NCBI GenBank assembly: GCA_041393415.1
Contig: JAWKKE010000001.1
Coordinates: forward strand, 327,608-391,607
DNA length: 64,000 nt
From: Thermoleophilia bacterium
Lineage (GTDB): Bacteria > Actinomycetota > Thermoleophilia > UBA2241
Direction of reading: 5' to 3'
The notes below the pieces were generated by a model, which did no database searches, had not been told where the DNA came from, and worked only from the letters and a program-made list of their open reading frames with translations. How positions within the stretch are numbered: the first letter of the stretch is position 1; the number at the start of each line of letters is the position of its first letter. Below, piece after piece: positions 57,284-64,000 of this stretch. The position numbers and the translations under genes are program-made.

Positions 57284-57469
57284 GATCCCTCCACGTTCAA
57301 GTCACACACGAGCGCGTCGCAGTTGTCCAGTCTTCGTCGACGCGCGAGATCCTCTGTCGTCACCACAGCTTCGCCACGCGCGCGCGTATGCCTCCCCGGC
57401 CCGGGTATAGTGCGCGTAGCACCGAATCATGTACGCCGCCACTGCGTAGCCGCGACCGAGGAGCACATA

Positions 57470-58447
57470 ATGGGCACACGACGCCTCGCCATCATCGTCT
57501 TCGCCAGCCTGGCCCTCGCGCTCCTCGCGACTGGCTGTGGACTATCGCGCAGCGAGACCGGCAGCCCCAGCCCTTCGGCCAGCGGCGTCACGACGGAGCC
57601 AACGTCCACCTCGAGCGTCGCACCCAGCAGCTCAGTGAGCCCCTCACCATCAACCTCAACCTCAGCTTCACCCTCCACCACTAGGACCGTCTCGGTGTAC
57701 TTCCTCCGCGGCAACTACGTGGGCGTGACCCATCGCCAGGTGAACGTCGCCGCGACCATCGCAGACGCGGCCCTCGAAGCGCTCCTGGCCGGCCCGACGG
57801 CGGAAGAGCAGGCCGCTGGGCTCCACACACAGATTCCACCAGGTACTGAGTTCCTCGGCCTCACCGTCGCCGACGGCGTCGCGACAGTCGACCTGAGCGG
57901 GGAGTTCGGCGCGGGCGTCGACCCGATCGAAGACCGCGGCCGACTCGGTGAAGTCGTCTACACGCTGACGCAGTTCCCCTCCATCGAGAGCGTCAACTTC
58001 CGCCTCGACGGTAAGCCTTTGGTGTTCCGTCGCGAAAACGGCAGCGCCATAGGCCGGCCGCAGTCACGTCTCACCTTCGAAGACGTGACGCCGGCGATTC
58101 TCGTGGAGCGGCCGGCGGTCAACGACACCGTGGAGAGCCCCCTCGTCGTGTCGGGCACGGCGAACACGTTCGAGGCTCAACTGATGGTCCGGGTGCGCGA
58201 CGGAGAGGGCAACACTCTTGTCAGCGAGAGCGCCATGGCGACGTCTGGTTCGGGCACGCGCGGCACATTCAACGAGACACTGCGCTTCTCCGCAACAACG
58301 CCCACGATCACGCTTGAGGTCTATGAGATCTCGGCCGCCAGCGGACGGCCTATCCACGTCGTCAGTATCCCCCTGAACATGGTGAGCGCCAGCGCCAGTC
58401 CGTCATCTTCTCTGGCGCCTTCGCCGTCTGCGTCGGCGACGCAGTGA
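57470..58447 (+). CDS. GerMN-domain lipoprotein with C-terminal Ig-like (Gmad2-like) domain
   Basis: ATG 57470 preceded by GAGGAG. Lipobox LLATGCG, Ser/Pro-rich linker. GerMN-like VSVYFLRGNYVGVTHRQV...ALEALLAGPTAEE. C-terminal beta-rich domain. Confidence 0.6.
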   Translation: MGTRRLAIIVFASLALALLATGCGLSRSETGSPSPSASGVTTEPTSTSSVAPSSSVSPSPSTSTSASPSTTRTVSVYFLRGNYVGVTHRQVNVAATIADAALEALLAGPTAEEQAAGLHTQIPPGTEFLGLTVADGVATVDLSGEFGAGVDPIEDRGRLGEVVYTLTQFPSIESVNFRLDGKPLVFRRENGSAIGRPQSRLTFEDVTPAILVERPAVNDTVESPLVVSGTANTFEAQLMVRVRDGEGNTLVSESAMATSGSGTRGTFNETLRFSATTPTITLEVYEISAASGRPIHVVSIPLNMVSASASPSSSLAPSPSASATQ

Positions 58448-58517
58448 GAGCACCGACACACCACAGCGGTCGAGGCTCAGCGCTTGACACGAGAGTTCGC
58501 CGGCGACTGGAGCCCGC

Positions 58518-59273
58518 GTGAACAGCGACGATCTGCGCCGTCTCCTTGACGAAGTGTCGAGCGGCAAACTGGCAGTCGAGGCGGCGTTCGACCGACTCGC
58601 GCGACTGCCCTACGACGACCTCGGCTTTGCGCACATCGACAACCATCGCGCTCTGCGCCGCGGCAGCCCCGAAGCCATCTTCTGCGCCGGCAAGACAGCG
58701 GCCCAGGTCGTCGCCATCGCCGAGCGCATGGTCGACTACGGCCATCGCAACATCCTCGCGACCCGCGCGGACCGCGATACGCTGGAAGCGCTGCGCCAGC
58801 GCGTACCGGTCCGCGTTCACGAGGAGGTCAGACTGGCGGTAGTGAACCCGGTCGAGATTCATCTCACAGGCAGCGTTTGCGTGTGCACCGGCGGCACATC
58901 AGACATCGCAGTAGCCGAAGAGGCGGCGATCACCGCCGAGTGCTCGGGCAGCAGGGTTGAGCGCCTCTACGACGTCGGGGTCGCCGGCATCCACCGCCTG
59001 CTCGACAAACAGGAGGTACTTACCGGCGCAAACGCAGTGGTCGCCGTCGCCGGCATGGAAGGCGCCCTGGCGAGCGTCATCGGCGGCCTGGTGCGCTGCC
59101 CGGTCATTGCCGTCCCGACAAGCATCGGCTACGGCGCCTCGTTTGGGGGAGTCGCGGCACTGCTGTCGATGTTGAACTCGTGCTCGCCGGGCGTCTCTGT
59201 CGTCAACATTGACAACGGTTTCGGCGCCGGTTACCAGGCCGCCACGATCAATCGGATGGCGGCCGGCGCTTGA
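58518..59273 (+). CDS. larB: LarB-like nickel-pincer cofactor biosynthesis protein (PurE/NCAIR-mutase fold)
   Basis: GTG start. PurE-like C-terminal half VCVCTGGTSDIAVAEEA...AVVAVAGMEGALASVIGGLVRCPVIAVPTSIGYGASFGG with the LarB-type N-terminal extension. Confidence 0.6.
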   Translation: MNSDDLRRLLDEVSSGKLAVEAAFDRLARLPYDDLGFAHIDNHRALRRGSPEAIFCAGKTAAQVVAIAERMVDYGHRNILATRADRDTLEALRQRVPVRVHEEVRLAVVNPVEIHLTGSVCVCTGGTSDIAVAEEAAITAECSGSRVERLYDVGVAGIHRLLDKQEVLTGANAVVAVAGMEGALASVIGGLVRCPVIAVPTSIGYGASFGGVAALLSMLNSCSPGVSVVNIDNGFGAGYQAATINRMAAGA

Positions 59274-61197
59274 GGTAGCGCTCGAACCACTCGAGCACAA
59301 TCTCGAACCGCTGCACACGGTGAACCGGACTGCCCGAACGAGTGAGCTCGTGCGACTCCTTCGGAAAACGTACGAGCTCAACCGGCTTGCGCAGAAGACG
59401 CAAGGTGACAAACAGTTGTTCGGCTTGCTCCACGGGACAGCGGAGATCGTCTTCGGAGTGAAGAATGAGGAGTGGCGTCTCGATGGCGGCGGCGTAAGTT
59501 GCCGGTGAGAGGCGCAGGTACGTCTGTGGGTCCTCGTAGAGGAACGCGCCGGTGTAGCCCTTGAGGTCCCAGCCCATGTCGCTCGAGCCCCACTGTGACA
59601 CGAATTGATTCACGGCGCGCTCCGAAACAGCCGCTTGAAAACGCGTCGTGTGCGCGACGATCCACGAAGTCATGAAGCCGCCGTAGGAGCCACCCATGAC
59701 ACCGAGCCGCTCGGGGTCGATGAACTCGAAACGGCGGAGCGCCTCGTCGACCACCGCCATGCAGTCGTCGTAGTCGACCGAACCCCACCCCGTGCCCTCG
59801 GAGCCGTCGCCACGGATGGCGCGGCCCCACGCTTCGCTGTAGCCCGACGACCCGCGCGGATTGGCGTAGACGACGACGTAGCCGGCGCCTGCGTACACCT
59901 GGAACTCGTCGAAGAAGGCCGAGTCGTACTGGGAAAACGGTCCGCCGTGGATGTTGAGGAGCATCGGATAGCGACGGCCCGGAACGAAGTCTGCCGGCCG
60001 CATCACCCACGCCTCGACCTCGGCTCCGCCGGTCGAGACGGCCGTGAAGCGCTCCGGAGCGACCAACTCGCGCTGCGCGACGAACTCATGGGCAACGTCG
60101 CTCAGCCGGCGTGCCCCGTTGTACACCTCCGAGGGCCGCGTAGGCGACGAGGCCGTGTGTACGATGCTGCCGGCACGAACGTCGAACCCCGTGACCGTGG
60201 GCACGCCACCGACGACCAGACGCGGTTGCTCGGTGCGCGTGGCACGGTAGAGGTGCGTGACGCCCGCGTCCTCCACCGCAAAGACCACGCCGTCGCCGTC
60301 CCAGACGGGCTCCCGGAGCGGCGGGTAGGGAGCACAATTGCGATCGAGCGACGCCGTCACGGTATGCATGACGCCACTCTGCGCGTCGACGAGCGCGATC
60401 TGGCCGTGTCGGGGATCGTCGAAGACACCCGGGAAGTACTGAGCCGCCAGCCAGGAGCCGTCGGCAGACCAAGAGACGAGATCGATAGCGCCGCGGCCAT
60501 CGGTTAGCCGGTGCGGCTCTCCACCAGTTGCGGCGACAACGTAGATATCGCGCACGATCTCGGTGTCCCAGAACGGGTGACGCGCGGAGACGAAGGCGAT
60601 GCGCGCGCCGTCTGGCGACCACGCCGGGCAAGCATCCTCGAAGTCTCCGCTCGTGAGCTGTCGCGGCGGCGCACTGCCCTCGGCGGACACGATGAAGACG
60701 TGCGCCGGACGGTCGGCCGTCCACCCCACGTGCTCCAGCTTGTACTGCAGACGCGTGAAGCGCCGCGGACGGCGGCGACGCTCATCGCTCTCATCGTAGT
60801 CCGCATCGCGCACGCGAGAGACGAACGCCAGGGCCGCGCCGTCCGGCGACCACACGGCGTCCGTGACGTCTTCTGTAAGGTCGGTGAGCCGCTTCGGTTC
60901 GCCGCCGGTCGCGTCGACGACGTAGAGCTGGCGAACCTTTGCGTCGCGATGGGAGGTGAAGGCGATCCGCGCACCGTTTGGCGACCAGCGCGGAGCGACA
61001 GCGTCCCCGGCGCCGGTCTCGAGCCGCCGCGGCGCGGCCGACCCGTCGGTCACCGCGATCCAGATAGACCCCACGTAGTCGTTCGTCGCACGATCGATCC
61101 GTGTCGCAACGTAAGCGACATGCGTCCCATCGGGCGAGAGCCTCGGATCGGTCGCTGCAGACAAGGCGAAGACGTCGTCAGGGATCATTCCGCTCAT
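59248..61197 (-). CDS. S9 family serine peptidase (prolyl oligopeptidase/acylaminoacyl peptidase-like) with N-terminal beta-propeller
   Basis: Chosen ATG 61197 (MSGMIPDDVFAL). Propeller repeats (SPDG...AF motifs), catalytic GGSYGGFMT (GxSxGG) and C-terminal LILHSEDDLRCP...SHEL. Confidence 0.75.
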   Translation of the reverse strand: MSGMIPDDVFALSAATDPRLSPDGTHVAYVATRIDRATNDYVGSIWIAVTDGSAAPRRLETGAGDAVAPRWSPNGARIAFTSHRDAKVRQLYVVDATGGEPKRLTDLTEDVTDAVWSPDGAALAFVSRVRDADYDESDERRRRPRRFTRLQYKLEHVGWTADRPAHVFIVSAEGSAPPRQLTSGDFEDACPAWSPDGARIAFVSARHPFWDTEIVRDIYVVAATGGEPHRLTDGRGAIDLVSWSADGSWLAAQYFPGVFDDPRHGQIALVDAQSGVMHTVTASLDRNCAPYPPLREPVWDGDGVVFAVEDAGVTHLYRATRTEQPRLVVGGVPTVTGFDVRAGSIVHTASSPTRPSEVYNGARRLSDVAHEFVAQRELVAPERFTAVSTGGAEVEAWVMRPADFVPGRRYPMLLNIHGGPFSQYDSAFFDEFQVYAGAGYVVVYANPRGSSGYSEAWGRAIRGDGSEGTGWGSVDYDDCMAVVDEALRRFEFIDPERLGVMGGSYGGFMTSWIVAHTTRFQAAVSERAVNQFVSQWGSSDMGWDLKGYTGAFLYEDPQTYLRLSPATYAAAIETPLLILHSEDDLRCPVEQAEQLFVTLRLLRKPVELVRFPKESHELTRSGSPVHRVQRFEIVLEWFERYLKRRPPSD

Positions 61198-61471
61198 GCG
61201 GTGCCTCTCTCTCGGCTTCCGTTCCGCGCTCACTCTACCGTCTGGCGAAGCGCGCGACGAGACGAGACGCGGTTGACGTTCGCGTCGCGGAGTCCAGGAG
61301 AGTGTTGTCAGCGACGACGGCGCGGCACCAACGCGCCAAGTCCTCGGCGCTCGCCACGAAATCGAGCCAGCATGGCGACGAGACCGATGGCGACGGCGCC
61401 TATTCCCAGCAGAATGGCGTAGCCGGCCCACGCCGGCAACGGCGTCTGACCCACGAGGAGAAGCACGTCCG

Positions 61472-61984
61472 TCACGAGTTCACTGTCGCAGCGTAGGCAC
61501 GTGCCAGATCCTCACCCCACACTCGTGCACGGTCGAGCTCACCCTCTTTGAGTGGTCCGTACTTGCCACCGACGATGAAGCCGGTCGGCTTGCCGAGCGA
61601 GCGATAGCCGGCGTGCTCGAGCGACTTTCGAATCGAGGAGGCCGCGCTGCCGAACGGACCGCGGACTTGTGTATCGAATGCCGCCGCATAGCCGCGTCCG
61701 GCCGGCAGCGCCTCGAGCCAGACCTTCATCGGCGGCTGCGAGAGATCAGGCGGCGCCGGGGCATCCGCCGGAGCCACCGAAAGACTCTTGAGCGTACGCT
61801 CGCTCGGCATCTTGAACGCCAGCACCGGCGCCCCCACGACGAGCAAGTCGACACCGCTGAGCGAGGTACTCGACGCCTCCGCGGTGGAGAGTGCGCGCGT
61901 GCCCGCGCCGAGTCCTTCCGCGATCGCGTGTGCGATCGCCGCGGTGTTGCCCCAGAGAGACTCGTAGACGACGACTGCATTCAT
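61472..61984 (-). CDS. Flavodoxin-like fold protein
   Basis: Chosen ATG 61984 (MNAVVVYESLWGNTAAIAHAIAEGLG, flavodoxin FMN-binding loop) then DLLVVGAP. Confidence 0.6.
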   Translation of the reverse strand: MNAVVVYESLWGNTAAIAHAIAEGLGAGTRALSTAEASSTSLSGVDLLVVGAPVLAFKMPSERTLKSLSVAPADAPAPPDLSQPPMKVWLEALPAGRGYAAAFDTQVRGPFGSAASSIRKSLEHAGYRSLGKPTGFIVGGKYGPLKEGELDRARVWGEDLARAYAATVNS

Positions 61985-62174
61985 GACACCGCCACCCCTT
62001 TCGCTGTCCATCGGCAATCTTCAGCGTACACCCCCGACGGACCGTTGCGAGGCCATGCTCCACGGCTCGTCGCCCGGCACGCACGAGAGGCAACGAGGGC
62101 AGAGCTTGCCGCATGCAACGCCGGGTATATCTCCTTCAGAACAACTCATCACCCACCCTCACGGAGGTGACACC

Positions 62175-62480
62175 ATGATCGTCGCATGGGATCAGGCTTT
62201 CAACGCGAAATGGACGCGCAAGGGCGAGACCAAACCCGCCACGTACGATGTCCACGTCGAGTTCGAAGGGCCGGCGCGCCCGTTCATGACGGACGCCGGC
62301 CCCATCATCGCCGCGATCGGCGAACTTGAGGGCAAGGACCTCAAGGAAGCCGCCGGACGGTCGTCGCTCGAGTCCGTCGTGCTCCACATCAAGGGCCTCG
62401 TTGAGCCGCGCCTGGAGCCACAAGACAAGCTTCGCCGCGTCTCCGTGGTCGAAAACGGGGCCTTCCGCGTCGAGGTCTAG
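62175..62480 (+). CDS. Hypothetical protein (101 aa)
   Basis: ATG 62175 preceded by GGAGGTGA. Track ORF upstream part is likely non-coding. No domain recognised. Confidence 0.5.
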   Translation: MIVAWDQAFNAKWTRKGETKPATYDVHVEFEGPARPFMTDAGPIIAAIGELEGKDLKEAAGRSSLESVVLHIKGLVEPRLEPQDKLRRVSVVENGAFRVEV

Positions 62481-62503
62481 CGTCGCACGCGGGTGCGCGA
62501 AAT

Positions 62504-62546
62504 GAGACGGGCCCGGGTGGACACCGCATCCACCCGGGCCCGTCTC
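62504..62546. terminator. Perfect 18-bp inverted repeat with 7-nt loop; bidirectional terminator between convergent genes
   Basis: gagacgggcccgggtgga-caccgca-tccacccgggcccgtctc, located between the 62480 (+) and 62564 (-) stops. Confidence 0.6.
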
Positions 62547-62563
62547 ACAACGGTGCGGCGGAC

Positions 62564-63979
62564 CTACTTGACGATCAGCTTGGCCGCGCCACGCGTAGTC
62601 TGCGCGTTGCCCGCCAGATCGACGGCATCGACGCGTATGAGATAGGTACCCTTCGGCAAATTGACTCTGAACGAGCGCGCAGCCCACTTATTGGTCCCGA
62701 CCCCACTGTACCGCTTCAGCAGGTACGTTTGGCCCTTCTTGCGCACCAGGATGTTGACGCTCGCTCGCGGCGTGACCGCGGTCACGTTGAACTTGATCTT
62801 CGCCTTGTGGCCCCGCTTGACGGTCGCGTTCTTAGCCGCGACGGTCGGCTTTGTCGTTGCAACGAGCACAGTCGTCGTCTTGATCTCAGAGCGAATGCCG
62901 ACATTGTCGACACCGCGATAGCGCACCGTGAACGGCCCATCACCACTGAAACGCGCCGTCTCGCCCTGCGTCCAGTTCACGTCATCCGTGCTCCACTCCG
63001 TAAAGGCATAGCCGGAGCCCACGTCCGTGCCGGAGAAGTTGACGCTCACCGGTCCCGCCTGCCACGCGCCGACGAAGTCGCTGGCGGTAACGACCGGAGC
63101 CGTGACGTCGAGCTGCACTGTTCGCGTCTTGTAGCCGGTGAGGACTCTGACGGCGCTCTGCTGCTGGTCCCAAACCCAAGTCTGTCCCTCGAAGTTGCCC
63201 CACATGTAGCTCGGTGTTCCGGCGAACACGGTCGACGTGGGATCGTAGTCGGCGGGAAGCGCCGCGTCGACGGACCCGAAATCGATGGTATGGAACGCGC
63301 CCTGGACCGCCGGCCAGACCGGCAACGAGGTCACGAGCGTCGTCGCAGGACTCAATGTGGCGTTGATCGTCCAGGGGGTCGCCATGTCGACGCGATACGC
63401 GGTAGCGGCGACGCCAGCGCCCAGCGCCTGATCGGTCGCCGTGAGTTGGTACGGAACGAGTCCGTTGATCCAGCCCGACGGGCCGTCCGTCGTCGGCGGC
63501 CGCGTGTCGATCATGACCGGCGTAGACTTCGACGCCTCGTTGCCGGCCTTGTCCGCCACCTTCTCCTCGAGCGTGTACACGCCGTCGTCGACGGCACCGC
63601 CGCGCACGTCGAACCACACCGTGTCACCGGAGTGGACGGCGTGCCACTCGCTGAACCACGCGTCTCCGTGCCAATCGGGTAGCCGCCACGACATGAGGCT
63701 CGGGCTCAGGCCGCTGTTGTGGTCGCTGGCGGCAAATGTGATCGGGAACGAGAAGACGACGGGCAGCACGGCGTTGGACGGCGCGTCGCTGGTGAACTTG
63801 GCGCTCGTGCCCAGGTAGTCGTTGATCCACCAAGACGGCGCGCTGTTGCCAAGCAAAGCGCCCGGCGCGTTGCTCGCCGTAGGCGTGGCCGCAAGCGCCG
63901 AGGTCGCGAAGACGGCGACGAACACAACGATCACGGCCTGAGTGACGGCGAGTCTGCGACTTGTTCTCGGAATACTCAA
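62564..63979 (-). CDS. Secreted/cell-surface protein with Ig-like (beta-sandwich) repeats
   Basis: Signal peptide LAVTQAVIVVFVAVFATSALA. Repeated beta-rich segments (TVRYRGVDNVGIRSE, KAGNEASKSTPVMIDTRPP). Basic C-terminal tail. Confidence 0.55.
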   Translation of the reverse strand: MSIPRTSRRLAVTQAVIVVFVAVFATSALAATPTASNAPGALLGNSAPSWWINDYLGTSAKFTSDAPSNAVLPVVFSFPITFAASDHNSGLSPSLMSWRLPDWHGDAWFSEWHAVHSGDTVWFDVRGGAVDDGVYTLEEKVADKAGNEASKSTPVMIDTRPPTTDGPSGWINGLVPYQLTATDQALGAGVAATAYRVDMATPWTINATLSPATTLVTSLPVWPAVQGAFHTIDFGSVDAALPADYDPTSTVFAGTPSYMWGNFEGQTWVWDQQQSAVRVLTGYKTRTVQLDVTAPVVTASDFVGAWQAGPVSVNFSGTDVGSGYAFTEWSTDDVNWTQGETARFSGDGPFTVRYRGVDNVGIRSEIKTTTVLVATTKPTVAAKNATVKRGHKAKIKFNVTAVTPRASVNILVRKKGQTYLLKRYSGVGTNKWAARSFRVNLPKGTYLIRVDAVDLAGNAQTTRGAAKLIVK

Positions 63980-64000
63980 TGCGGCCCTCCTCCTGCCACG

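Noticed and set aside
57590-57700. Repetitive Ser/Pro/Thr codons in the GerMN lipoprotein
   Set aside because: It is a low-complexity linker within a CDS, not a DNA-level repeat element.
1-64000. CRISPR arrays
   Set aside because: No regularly spaced direct repeats of 25-40 bp with unique spacers were seen anywhere. The only repeat cluster (27001-27230) has irregular short motifs, not CRISPR-like.

Overview
High-GC (Actinobacteria-like) chromosomal window in two parts. Coordinates about 1-31,500 look like a defence/mobile island that ends at a tRNA-Arg(CCG) gene (31416..31492, minus strand) with a tyrosine integrase beside it. The island carries (i) a Gp49/HigB-like toxin with an XRE/HigA-like antitoxin, (ii) a DUF262/DUF1524 (GmrSD/BrxU-like) type IV restriction gene followed by two translationally coupled unknown genes, one with an RNase-H-like/DUF429-like N-terminus, (iii) a complete, tightly coupled type 1 BREX operon brxA-brxB-brxC-pglX-pglZ-brxL on the minus strand, with pglX split into two ORFs at an ATGA junction and two unknown co-oriented genes directly upstream of brxA, (iv) an orphan unknown gene with a PD-(D/E)xK-like motif, (v) a Hachiman-like pair (small PD-(D/E)xK-like protein plus large DExH helicase), and (vi) an integrative-element remnant (DnaB-like helicase, excisionase-like HTH, XRE repressor, iteron-like repeats, frameshifted zinc-ribbon integrase). 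Coordinates about 31,500-64,000 are ordinary core genome: AIM24 and DUF389 proteins, a small ferredoxin-like ORF, FmdB zinc ribbon, smpB, RNase R, S41 and M23 peptidases, ftsX, ftsE, a GH65 phosphorylase with a fused beta-phosphoglucomutase/trehalose-phosphatase HAD protein, a membrane glycosyltransferase, an EamA transporter, principal sigma factor, Ku, a lipoprotein, an alpha/beta hydrolase, an RsbW-like kinase plus a 1429-aa HATPase-PAS-GAF-PP2C partner-switching sensor, SepF, a GerMN lipoprotein, LarB, an S9 peptidase, flavodoxin and an Ig-like secreted protein. All domain calls rest on motif recognition from memory; no database searches were run. Many long antisense ORFs in the track are high-GC artefacts and were ignored.
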